Assembly: GCF_031769215.1 (NCBI RefSeq)
Contig: NW_026782231.1
Span: forward strand, 1,550,001-1,614,000
Length of the DNA: 64,000 nt
Direction: 5' to 3'
Source: Ylistrum balloti
Lineage: Eukaryota
The position numbers and the translations under genes were made by a program. The notes beneath the pieces were generated by a model, which did not search any database, was not told the DNA's origin, and saw nothing but the letters and a program-made list of their open reading frames with translations. This document shows, piece by piece, positions 39,216 to 51,815 of the stretch (position 1 is its first letter; each line of letters opens with the position of its first letter).

Positions 39216-40021
39216 AACATCATTAAGAAAACTGTAAGTTATAAGGAAGCAGACAGTTTATCGGATTGGTTGAAACCCTGATACAATGGAGCGATGGGAC
39301 ACAGGAGGCCAGATGATTCATAATGGTGGTCAGCTCGGTACACATGAAATCTGTCTAGATAGTCAATTCTCTTTCTTTTTGCCTGTTTCTGACACCACAA
39401 TGAGAACATCACTCACACTATGAATGTGTTGGCCTTTTGCGAGGGAGACGTGTGCATGTTTTTGGTGTAAGTCAGGGATTCCCGGGGGTTACATCAGGTT
39501 GTACAAGTGTATGTGCTAACTGTCTGTTTGTCTAATATATGGGTGAGTATAAAGTAACCATAGGAACATACCACTTTGTAATCACCATTAATTAATTAAG
39601 ACACGGACAGAGGTCAACGCCATATATGGTAGTATACAACATATGACAAATTATCGACAAAACACTTGTAAAGTTGACGTTTGTGGTTGGTTGGTTTGCT
39701 GACAGGTTTTTGCGTCTCCTTGACTCCCCCCGTGTTCGGGTATCGTCTCACCGACGAACGTCAGTGTTCTGGCGACGTGAGGGGGCGACCTTCATCACCC
39801 TCATTGGGATAGAACCGTCTGTAGCTGTGATCATTTGATTATACTAGTCTTTAAAGACGGCCTCAGGACCTAATATTGACCTTAACCTAACTCTAGCAGT
39901 TAGAACATGTCCAGAAGCTGAAAGACAGAGTTGGAGGCCTATCTAGATTTGGCTTGCGTTAAGATAATTTTGAAGTCCGTCTAATATCTTAAAGATAATT
40001 GTTTTGTCTGGTACTATCCCA

Positions 40022-40135
40022 CGACCACTGAACCGGCTTTATCACGCCTACTCTTCTTACGAAAATTCTCAGGGGGATCTTTAGCGGGTGAGAGTGGACA
40101 GTCCTCACACGGGCCACCGTTTAAAGTCCCATCCG
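40022..40135 (-). mobile_element. SINE central-domain fragment (Deu/Nin-domain type)
   Basis: Minus strand CGGATGGGACTTTAAACGGTGGCCCG...TAAAGATCCC...TTTTCGTAAGAAGAGTAGGCGTGATAAAGCCGGT resembles the recalled Deu-domain core GGATGAGACGTTAAACCGAGGTCC...TAAAGATCCC...TTTCGTAAGAGTAGGGGTGTTAACCCCGGT; no tRNA head seen. Confidence 0.65.
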
Positions 40136-40869
40136 CTGGACTATAGCTAGTGGTTAGTGGTTAGTTCGGTGCAGATGAAATTATAATTGACACTTTGTTT
40201 TTGTTTTTGTTTTTCTGTCTTGGAAATCCTTCGAATCATATTGTCTAGGCTACTTCACCACTTTATCGATGTCTATTGCTTTCTGTGATTCCACTCCATT
40301 CCTTCTGCATACTTCTGTTCACTATACCGACTTTTATACTTATACATGTAATTTATGTAAATGTGCTGGTTTAGAAGATATATGAGATGTTTCGGCTTGA
40401 TAAGTTACGTTGGAGTAGAAACTGTTATGATAGGTTGAGATTATCTAAGATAGATTAAAGTTTTTAGAGACAGCGATATTCTTTGCGCATGCATGTGTAG
40501 GATAGCTGGATTATGTTTTAGACCCGACTGTAAACCAGTGCCTGACCTTTGTACCCGGAAGTTCCCGTTTGATCTATACTGACCGTAGGATCTTAAATAT
40601 GGACTTGGTGTATTTTCTTCGTATTTACTCGTTTGTTTTAACAAATACTGGAAGAAACGTGTTTACTTGTGTGTGTTGCTTAATTTATTTGTAACTGTTT
40701 CATGTAATTTCACAAATGTGAATGCTGATCTTGGGGCACAGAGGAGGACGCCACATAACTCAGGAGGTATCAGTATGCACCAATGAATGAGAGGGGCAGT
40801 AGTAATCTTCTCTGGTACAGTCTCCCTGGGCATCTGGGGATCCTACCTGTTGTGTATAATGCTATGTAG

Positions 40870-41440
40870 GTCTCTGATGTTTGGGAATTGTCTCCCTTTG
40901 TGACTTAGACCACGTTGCTATAAAAAAGGTCAGAGGTCAAGACAGATCACCTGATCTAGTTTGCTGCAACGTTCTTTCAAACAAAATACTAAAATTTTCA
41001 AAGGTCAGAGGTCAGTGCAGGTCACCTATTGAGATATCTTTTTATTCTGTAAAACCATACGAATACAAAATATTTCATCTTTACAAATAAACTTTGTGAC
41101 GTAAAAGACATAGATGATAAGGTCAGAGGCGAAGACAAGTCAGGTGACGTACATAGATACTGATACATTCTCTAAAACCAGACACATACAACACTTCCCG
41201 TGGTGAACTTTGTGACATCAAACAAAGGTATACAGCAAGGTCGGAGGTTAAGAAATTCATGCGACGTAGTACACCACACGTATACAACTTCTCTTGTTGA
41301 CCTACGTAATGTTAAACACATATAGAGCAATGTCAGAGGTCAAGACAGGTCACGTGATGAAGTATACTGAAACATCCTGTAAAACCAGACACATAAACAC
41401 TTCTCGTGGTGACCTGTGTGACGTTAAACACATACAATGA
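40870..41440 (+). mobile_element. Old diverged repeat array, probably the internal part of a HINE-like element
   Basis: aggtcagaggtcaag-like motifs recur near 40926, 41000, 41119, 41237 and 41332; taaaaccagacacata..acacttc.cgtggtga recurs at about 41174 and 41380. Confidence 0.5.
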
Positions 41441-42021
41441 CACGGAGGCGTTTACACAGACGATTTGGTACTGCTGCTGTAACTACCAGTAAGGACCAAG
41501 AGAAATGGAACACGCGATCACCTTCCCATTGTCAGTGTAACATTGATCAAAGTTTCCTAGATAATAACTAGTATTCATGCACGAAGTTCTTTTGTAAAAG
41601 TATACTTTAGACAATTCTAAATATTGTTAGTGTCATTACTTGCTCACATAAATGTTATTTGAGGTGAACTCGGCTGCACAGCGTTTGGTCAGAATAGGTA
41701 TCACGAGAGAAATAATTTGTGAGGAAGCTGTTTGTCTTGATGAATTCGCGTGCATGTATAACCTCCCGGGCCCTGCCGATTGCACTATAAACGACAACTC
41801 CATGGTGCCCCCTTACATCAACCTTCATCTGTCCAATTATAGCTCAATGTACGTCGGGTTTCGCTTACTTTTACGTTTCTTGTGCAAATTGCCAATTTCA
41901 AACGAAGTGATTAACGACATTAGTCGATGACAGGTATACATTATATCATGACGTCATCCAATTCTGACCTACATTTCCGAGAGTCTTCAGCAGGGACGTA
42001 TAACTCCACCAACTCCCGCCC

Positions 42022-42835
42022 ATTCTGTCAGGTCTAAGTTATATTTGGTGTGGTAGTTCTGTCAGGCCTAAGCTATATTTGGTGTGGTAGTTTTGGCAGA
42101 TCTAAGCTATATTTGGTGTGGTGGTTCTGACAGATCTAAGCTATAATTGGTGTGGTAGTTCTGACAGATCTAAGCTATATTTGGTGTGGTAGTTCTGTTA
42201 GATCTAAGCTATTTTTGGTGTGGTAGTTCTGACAGATCTAAGCTATATTTGGTGTGGTAGTTCTGTTAGATCTAAGCTATATTTGGTGTGGTGGTTCTGA
42301 CAGATATAAGCTATATTTAGTGTGTTGGTTCTGATAGATCTAAGCTATATTTGGTGTAGTTGTTCTGACAGATCTAAGCTATATTTGGTGTGTTAGTTCT
42401 GACAGATCTAAGCTATATTTGGTGTGGTGGTTCTGTCAGATCTAAGCTATATTTGGTGTGTTGGTTCTGTCAAATCTAAGCTATATTTGGTGTGGTGGTT
42501 CTGTGAAATCTAAGCTATATTTGGTGTGGTAGTTCTGTCAGATCTAAGCTATATTCGGAGTGGTAGTTCTGACAGATCTAAGCTATATTTGGTGTGGTGG
42601 TTCTGTCAAATCTAAGCTATATTCGGAGTGGTAGTTCTGACAGATCTAAGCTATATTTGGTGTGTTGGTTCTGTCAAATCTAAGCTATATTTGGTGTGGT
42701 GGTTCTGTGAAATCTAAGCTATATTTGGTGTGGTAGTTCTGTCAGATCTAAGCTATATTTGGTGTGGTAGTTCTGTCAGATCTAAGCTATAGTCGGAGTG
42801 GTAGTTCTGACAGATTTAAATTATATTTGTTGTTG
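42022..42835. repeat. Minisatellite, 34-bp unit, about 24 copies
   Basis: Unit agatctaagctatatttggtgtggtagttctgac; agatc near 42098 and at 42132. Confidence 0.95.
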
Positions 42836-45800
42836 TAGTTGGTGAATACAAAATTGTTTTTGGTTTTTAGTAGGGACTTTGGATGTGGAGACAACAGCGT
42901 CAAATTATCACTATTTTGACGAAACCGTAACTATAAAATATGTAAGTTTTACTAATTTTGAAACAACAATTCTAGGAAATCGTTAAAATTCAATGTTTAT
43001 ATTTTCATAATCATTTCAAGGCAGACAATAAAGACGATAAAATAACTTTTCTCTTTGAGGTGTTACTCGATGTTACGATAAAATTAAACGCCTATTTTGT
43101 TCAGCCTTAGAATATATCGGATATAAATATGAAGTGTTATATAGGTTTATTGGTAAATGTCAATACATCACGTTAACGACCTAAGATTGTGTGTATTGAG
43201 GTGACTTAATTTTACGTAACAAACAATCTTTGAAGTCTTGTCTACTGATAAAGTTATCGATTAAAACCCATTTTTTTACCTGCATTATTTTCACTCAACT
43301 TACCAGCACGTTTTAAAATAGAAGTTAAACAAGGGAGGCAATCGTCACGAACGTTGAACATCAAACGCATGGATTACTTCATGTGGCTTAAAACGATACA
43401 GTTAAACATCAATGTCCTGTCTCACTTCCGTTATCGGGGTTTTTTTTCTGAGAAAAGCATGGAACTTTATACATGAACCAGGAACACAAAAACCTATGTT
43501 AATTATTAATCATTTGTGTGTTAATCATTAGTGAGCAATGTGTACAGTGATATCAGTAAGATTTAGGCTTTATATACCCGTGTTTTGTATATAAAGTGAC
43601 ATTAGAATTCATGGAAGCCGTCAAAACAGACTCGCCATGAGTGTAGGAAATGTGAGCTTAATTCACTTCAAACACAGTGAGCACTATAAAAGAGTGATTT
43701 TACACTCTCGTTTATGGGTGATTTTCCGACCGTAAAATCTAATAACTTCACAAATAATGGCCCCTCCTCTTCACCGACAGATGTGCGTATGTGTGCAACA
43801 CTACTCACACTCGTGCAGCGTTTCCTTAGAAGCCTGGAGATACAGTGTTAGAACAGATCAAAGACCACTCTAAACATGCTGGCATTTGTGATGAGAGTTA
43901 AACTTTGCTACCCTTCAGAATTTTTTGGAGAAACTTCAGAAGAGAACCAGTTAGCGAACAGTCATTCCCATCTGTGCTTTTACGATTTTTTTGATACTCT
44001 GCTCAAGAAAATATTATATAAAAAGGGATAATTTGTTTTATGTTGGTCATAAAATCTGCATGTTTTTCCCAAAAGGATTATTTCGCTTTGTTAGAATAAC
44101 TCTCGGGGTGGGGTAAAAAGGAGTTAAAAATATACCCTTCTCCGTAATGGTCCTATTTATGATAGTGTTACTGAAGTATGAAATAAATTCGATAATTTAA
44201 AAGAAACATTTTTTCTAAAGCAGTTTGATACGGTGATGTGCACTGGATCGAATATTTCATTCTCTATTATAAACAATATTAACTTTAGAATCTACTAATT
44301 GTTTTATGTACTTTCTCCAAATGTTCGACGCTCCCCAGTCGCGATGGTTTGTGTTCTCAGGCGCCCAAAAACGGAACAGCTGTGTTGTGTCCTAGAGCAT
44401 GACATCTCCCATGTTCGTTTTGATTGGCAGGCGACGGACCTCCTAAACACTGTTCGTTGAAATGCTTACCAAGTACTACAGGAAAACCCGTCCTGAAAAT
44501 GACCCTTACTGTTGGTTTGGCGATAATCCCAGCAGGAATTAAGATTGTTGTGATTGATATGTATCGTTCTATCATAAGGAACAATAACTCTCCGTTCTTT
44601 TGTCCCACGAGGGCAATACACGATATATTTGATGTTGCCTGTCGAAATACCGAAGATCACTGGCGTATGCGATATATCACGATATTTCTGGCTATGTCGA
44701 TCCGTGGAGTGAAAACAAACCACCAGTAATCGGTGTTCAGAGCGAATATCGTTACCAGCAGGTTAACCGGCTATCGGTTCGCTACAGACGAATAAAATGG
44801 GTTGCTGCAGTCGTTTTTCTGGGTTCTCCTCGAAAAGCTGTAAACCGCATTTCAATCCCTTCATAACAATAGGGAGTTTGTATGTCTGTGTCTTAATCAA
44901 GAACAGAAAATGTACTCGTGATTGGGAAGGATATCACCGACCTTAACTTGTAGAAAACTTTTTTATCATTACTTCCATTTACCATAAAAATGTTGGGTTG
45001 GGTCTTGTTGTTTTCATCTCGAAACAAATCGATACATTTGAATGACTTTCTATCGGCACGACATTGTACTGTATTTGTCAAAAAGCTCAACACATAAGGA
45101 AACATTCAGGCTTAAAGCTGGGAGCAGCATGGGTAGAATATTGACTGAGTGAGTAAGAGACGGAGATTGATCGACTGGTAGTGTATAGCCAATGGAGAGC
45201 ATGATGCAGGCTCGATAGTGTAAGTCTGCCGGCCACTTAACAGATAAGCAGGGTATTCTCTTCCAGACGATGATCACCTAGAACACTCATCTTTGCTGCA
45301 TTTTCCTAGCTATATTTGTAGATAAATGTGTACTAAGGTGACAAAATAAGACAACGATACAGATAGTTTAGTCTCCGAGGTAAACACAGGACGAATCAGG
45401 GAAATAAAAATGGGCAGTCTGGAATTCAACATTTGGAAGGTGTCGGGTTGGTTCCAGTGGGATACGTGGGAGGAAAAGTCATTTCAAATATTTTCCAAGC
45501 TGAGAATCTAGAACCTCTGTATCTCTCTTTTCATTGTCGTTTGTGTATTGGGAACATTACTCTGTAGTGTACTAAATGTTTAGTGGTTTAAGTGTTATCA
45601 CAATCGTTCCAAGAATTGTTAATTGGTTCTTATACTTATCTGCTTTATAAAGCATTAATGCTATGAAGTCTTTGTATCCAATTCGAAAAGATTTCCAGAA
45701 ATTTGCAATTGAGGAGATAAATAATTTTTTGATCAAGACACTTTCGCATGTTTACAATGTATTAGTACACTTTGCACAGTGCAGCTAGGCTTTGAGTCTA

Positions 45801-45865
45801 GATTACAAAAGTGAATGTCAATGTAAAAGACACCCAAAGATAACAAAGAGAGGGTACGGGGATTG

Positions 45866-46446
45866 GGCGTTTCCAGTCAAGCCTGTTATCCGGAAGGACA
45901 GAGGTGTTTCTAGTCCAACCCGTACTCCGGAAGGACAGAGGTGTTTCTAGTCCAACCCGTACTCCGGAAGGACAGAGGTGTTTCTAGTCCAACCCGTACT
46001 CCGGAAGGACAGAGGTGTTTCCAGTCCAACCCGTACACCGGAAGGAGAGAGGTGTTTCCAGGCCGATCTGTACACTGGCAGGACAGAGGTGTTTCCAATC
46101 CAACCCGTACACTGGCAGGAGAGAGGCGTTTCCAGTCCAACCCGTACACCGAAAGGACAGAGGTCTTTCCAGGCCAATCTGTACACCGACAGGACAGGCT
46201 TGGGTGTTTCCAGTCCGATCTGTACACTGACAGGACAGGCTTTAGTGTTTCCAGTCCGATCTGTACTCCGACAGGACAGGCTTTAGTGTTTCCAGTCCGA
46301 CCCGTACACCGACAGGACAGGCTTGGGTGTTTCCAGTCCGACCCGTACACCGACAGGACAGGCTTGGGTGTTTCCAGTCCGATATGTACACCGACAAGAC
46401 AGGCTTGGGTGTTTCCAGTCCGATATGTACATCGACAAGACAGGCG
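45866..46446. repeat. Minisatellite whose unit changes from 37 bp to 41 bp
   Basis: Left unit ccggaaggacagaggtgtttctagtccaacccgtact (45890, 45927); right unit acaggacaggcttgggtgtttccagtccgatctgtacaccg. Confidence 0.92.
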
Positions 46447-49004
46447 TGAATATTTTCTGGTCCTACCAGGACTTTCAATCATCAGTTTTTACTGGATGCT
46501 ACGCAGAAATCTATGATGTGTGGTTCTTAATTCTTATATGATTCTAAGACGGGCCTCCCGTATGTTGTTCAATGACGTAGCAACGAATGACTACAAGGAA
46601 TCAAATTAAACCAATTAACCTTTGTCATGTTAAACTTCCGCATTACGGTTCATGCTTTATTCAAACATCATCACCGAATGCCAGGTCATGATATATACAA
46701 GGTTATCTCCTTCCGATCTATGGTTATACTTTCTAGTTACTAACCCCAGGATATGACTTATCAACCAAAGTAATCGTTGCAATCCGCCCGTCAATCCATT
46801 TCAAATGATTGGTTTGAGCATATGGCAATAACAGTGCTTCATTTATGAAAATGAGATATTATGACCTAGTTTGATGACACGCATTCTGTACGCTTTAAGA
46901 GGAGGTAAGATAGCTGGGCTAGATGGTGCTTTCATCAGCTATAGTTTGTTGATGAGACTGGTTCATGATTTGACCGATATCAACATAATATGTATTTGGC
47001 TTTGTCTTTTGTTTGTTTGTTTTTCTTTTTTTCAAATGGAAGTAAATAAAATATAATTTTTGAAAATGATTAACCTTTTAAAGTACTGTTATGTTTTTGT
47101 TTACAGTGAAGTTAGAAAAAACACTTTTGAAAGAAATTAATTCTTTATCTAAAAGTAGAAACGCCTTGTTTAATTCCTGATTTTTGATATCCAAAATCCG
47201 CACTGGAGATTTCAGATATCAAACACGTTCTATAGTCTAATTGTTACCATGATTTTCTGTTTAGTATTGGCGTAATTACTTTCGTTAGCGACAGGAATCG
47301 AAGTAGATAAGGTTAGAGATGTTCCGAAAATCCGAAAGTCAGTAGCATGCTAAACGACGACTCTGTGTACATGGTTACTGATTACATGTACATGTCGTTT
47401 CTCGCTATTAGAAAACGTGAAATTACTAGTAAAAACCGCTTTTAAGAATGCGAAATGAGTTTTGTGTAATTTTATTCAAATACTTGAAACCCAATGTATG
47501 CTGTGTACATGTCTGTAATTTGGCGTTATAGCATTTACGCTATGAGACATTAAGGGACATTTGACTCTCTTTGTCCACTCATTTACAACACGAAAACTGT
47601 ATTCAGACATAGAGCAAATTTCGCTGAAACTTAAATGTTTGAATTCGACAATGCCTTAGCTCTTTATGGTAAACAGTTCGTACTGTATGTACTTTCCATA
47701 TGTCAGCGAGGCAATCGGTTTGCCGATGTGCTCCCTAGAGAAACGCCTTCGACAGCGATAAAGTTCAGGGGCGTCTTGGTAAGGACATTTTACCTCACTA
47801 GGGACATATATCTACAGTCGTACACCACAGGTCTTGTACTTACTCTCCTTTATAATGGCGGAGGTCGGTCTTATTTTAAAGCATGCCAGTAAAACAAGAC
47901 AGAACAAAAGTTCGAGCTATCGACAGCTGCCACCATGAAAGGTATGGAAAGGAAAAGCAGATTTCGGTGCTGCATTCTGCTATTTCACTACAGACATGGC
48001 ACTATTTGTCTTGTGTTTCCGCAATTCTGATGGAGTTATCACCCAATCATTGGCGCCACCGTCGCCTCCTGGAGCCGTCACGGCAACCATCCTAGCTTTA
48101 ACAGACTACCTACAGTGACTGACAAACAGCCGTGGCGTGTTCTGGCCCGTCGCCTTTCAATGTTTCCCCCATACTCAAATCAATCCACTGCCAAGTACAG
48201 AACAAAATGATTTGTAAAACAGTACATAAAAAATTAATTAAGGTACTCAACTGACGATATCTTACACTTATCGATATGACTAGCATAAGATGACACCACC
48301 GATGGTGTTTGTTTCACACAGTGTTCCTCACATAATACCCCACAAAGCCCACAGTTTACTGTGTGTTTTATGTAAGTCGACATTCCTGTTGCTGTATCAT
48401 TCACCAATCTCTCCCAGGGTGCATTGCGGTACACTACATTGTGACTGTTAGGAACGAACGACAACTCTGGTAAAATGAAAATGCATGGAACAATTCAGCG
48501 ACCTTTTGTTGTGATTACGAAGGCGTCGCTGTCATCACCAGTATTTGAACTAACGAGTTTCATCCTTTTGAAATGCTGTGTATCGACTTAGAAAAGTGTA
48601 AGAGTTCCTATACACTGTTAACGACTGTCCTATTTATTGACAGATTCAGCTGTAAAAGTCTCGAATAAAAATGTCTCGAAAAATTACAACTTTAATGACA
48701 ATCTCGACTGGTCTAAGCCAACGCCGTCCTAGACTTTGTATGTTGGCACACGGGGCCCGACGCCATTGTGTTGCTGTTGGTTTGATATGCAGGTACTCTT
48801 GTGGAGTACCCTCATCATTAGCTTATTCTCCGAGTTGCTTTTTAACTTATCATAGTGGTGACCTTGACGATGTTTAATTTTATATGTATGACTAATATAG
48901 AACTGTTCTTGGTATTAAATAATTTGATCGAAGTTAAAACCCCAATATAACTTTCACAAAAACGAAAAGAAAATATGATCTATTTATTTATATCGATATA
49001 ATAC

Positions 49005-49967
49005 TGTAATGTTTTGTGCTTTATGTAAATTTGCACTATGTCATGGACCTCGTAATTTTGATGTTAATTGTAAAAACATTTGTTATTTCAGTGCACGCTA
49101 ATATTTATTTGTTTTTGTATATCGATTTACCTGTGAATCATTTGAGCGTAACGTATTGTAGCCTTGCTCTGTATATAAGCGTAATACCTTTTGTCCATGC
49201 ACGAGCTTTTGTAATTGAATTGAATTCATATAGCATACGCCTTTATTAACGATAAGGGAGTACGTCCTCATTGTTGAGGTTAACCTACGGGTATATAAGG
49301 CCGGAATTTCAGTGTCACAGGCTCTCTCATTCGCTGGAGCTGGTAAAGGACACAAGGATAGTTGGTGAGCAACCAGGGCATGAATACGGTACACATGGTA
49401 ACGCAGTGAGGAAAAACTGACATCGCCAGTAAATCCGGGTATATCGCTGAGGTATAGAGTTTGGCGAAGACGTCAGGGTTTGGCGTAAGGGGCAACGCGG
49501 GCGCCGGGAGATTGGCGACAGGTTGCCAAGGACGCCGGTTAAGAATATCACGGGACGGGCGAAAGAGGGATAGTCAACGGCGATGTGGGTGCCTCACACT
49601 GCGTTGCCAATGTACTTTTAAAGACACGCTGTTACTGACGCCGGCGTAATGCGGGCGTAACGCCGTCATTGCACCTGCCAAGTCTGTTTAGGCCAGTAAC
49701 ACCAAATTTGTCGGCGCATTACTTATCTTACGCATAATTTCACACCTAGAGGCGTACTCCCAATAGCAACGCAAATACTGTCTACTTAATGTCTACTGTG
49801 AGAGTATTATTTGTAGAAATGTCCTTTGTGAACTGTGTCAAATAAAACCTGTATTTGTCGACAACTGTTGTTTGTGAATAATTTGCGGCTACGCCAACTC
49901 GGCAGGGGACGCTCTCGAAAGCAACTGATAGTCAAAAGGACCCGGACTGAAAAGGAAATCCCTTACA
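49005..49967 (+). mobile_element. Solo LTR of an LTR retrotransposon (Gypsy-like, judged by the 4-bp TSD)
   Basis: Begins TGTAA (49005) and ends TTACA (49967); flanked by ATAC at 49001-49004 and 49968-49971; TATATAA at 49292; AATAAA at 49841; GC/CpG-rich interior; no PBS or internal coding region follows. Confidence 0.72.
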
Positions 49968-50519
49968 ATACACATGTATAAAACTTTGGTCAGTATTTAC
50001 TAACAACACGTAGACGACATGGTTTGACTATACAGCGAGCCGTCGAATGGTAATAAGCCAGCAATCTACCCGTGGTATGACGTCATGAAAATGGCGCATC
50101 ACATGCGACATAGTACTTTACCTGTAATTTGAGCATGTAGATTAGTCGCATGATTTTTTCGTGTCGGCCTTTTTTATGAGCTTGTATAACATCGGTTTGT
50201 ATATTAAGTGGGACCCACTTTTGATAATTCTTATCTGTTTTGATATCCCCGTTAAGTGTTTCTTATTATATACTTCTCATCTCAAGTAGGTTTTAATCTT
50301 ATCATTGCATAATTACCAAGTGGATGTTTTTTCAGAAATTTTCTGAGTCTCGTAAATTTGCCAAATGATGCGTATATTGGGGCTTTAAAGTACTTCATGT
50401 ACTTCTATTTTGGGATGAAAAACAACCCACATGCTAACATGCAATACTTCTCCGCTCCTTTATCCTTCGTCTAGGTACAATAAAATTCTATCAATTATTC
50501 ACCTTTTCAAATCCTTAAA

Positions 50520-51815
50520 CTACCTGTCCCCTAATTGCCTTCAACGCCCTTCAACACCTTAACCTATGTTTCCTCCTATTGCCTTCAACGTCAATTCAAC
50601 TCCTTAGCCTACGTGTCCCCTGACTGTCTTCAAATCCTCTTCAACCCCTTAGCCTACGTGTCCCCTGACTGTCTTCAAATCCTCTTCAACCCCTTAGCCT
50701 ACGTGTCCCCTGACTGTCTTCAAATCCTCTTCAACCCCTTAGCCTACGTGTCCCCTGACTGTCTTCAAATCCTCTTCAACCCCTTAACCTATGTTTCCTC
50801 AGATTGTACTTCAACGTCTCTTCAATTCTTTTGACAACGTGTCCTCTGATCGTCTTCAACATCCTTTCAACTCCTTATCTCACGTGACCTCTGATTGTCT
50901 TAAACGTCCCTCAGACTCCTAAGACTACATGTCCTCTGATCGTCTTCAACGTCCTTTCAACTCCTTATCTCACGTGACCTCTGATTGTCTTAAACGTCCC
51001 CTCAAACTCCTTAGCCTACATGTCCTCTGATCGTCTTCTACGTCCCCTCAAACTCCTTAGCCTACATGTCCTCTGATTGTCTTAAACGTCCACTCAAACA
51101 CCTTAGCCTACATGTCCTCTGATTGTCTTAAACGTCCACTCAAACACCTTAGCCTACATGACCTCTGATGGTCTTAAACGTCCCCTCAAACTCCTTAGCC
51201 TTCATGTCCTCTGATGGTCTTCAACGTCCCTCAAACTCCTTACCCTACATGTCCTCTGATGGTCTTATACGTCCCCTCAAACTCATTATCTCACGTGACC
51301 TCTGATTGTCTTCTACGTCCCCTCAAACTCCTTAGCCTACATGACCTCTGATTGTCTTAAACGTCCCCTCAAACTCCTTAGCCTACGTGTCCTCTGATTG
51401 TCTTAAACGTTCCCTCAAACTCCTCAGACTTCGTGTCCTCTGATTGTCTTCAACGTCCCCTCAAACTCCTTAGCCTTCATGTCCTCTGATGGTCTTCAAC
51501 GTCCCTCAAACTCCTTAGCCTACGTGTCCTCTGATGGTCTTAAACGTCCCATCAAACTCATTATCTCACGTGACCTCTGATTGTCTTCTACGTCCCCTCA
51601 AACTCCTTAGCCTACATGACCTCTGATTGTCTTAAACGTCCCCTCAAACTCCTTAGCCTACGTGTCCTCCGATTGTCTTAAACGTTCCCTCAAACTCCTC
51701 AGACTTCGTGTCCTCTGATTGTCTTCAACGTTCCCTCAAACTCCTCAGACTTCGTGTCCTCTGATTGTTTTAAACGTCCCCTCAAACGCCTTAGCCTACG
51801 TGTCATCTGATTTTC
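50520..51815. repeat. Minisatellite, 45-46-bp unit, two related phases
   Basis: 50600-50790: 45-bp ttcaaccccttagcctacgtgtcccctgactgtcttcaaatcctc; 50830-51810: about 46-bp aacgtcccctcaaactccttagcctacatgtcctctgattgtctta. Confidence 0.93.

Noticed and set aside
44357-44608. LLFLMIERYISIT as a GPCR TM3 E/DRY motif
   Set aside because: The frame is closed by a stop shortly upstream, there is no further transmembrane pattern, and no suitable acceptor.
47635-48470. Short ORFs at 47635-48464 as exons of a gene
   Set aside because: One has a decent acceptor and donor (about 48466-48267, minus strand), but no peptide is recognisable and no consistent multi-exon chain could be built.
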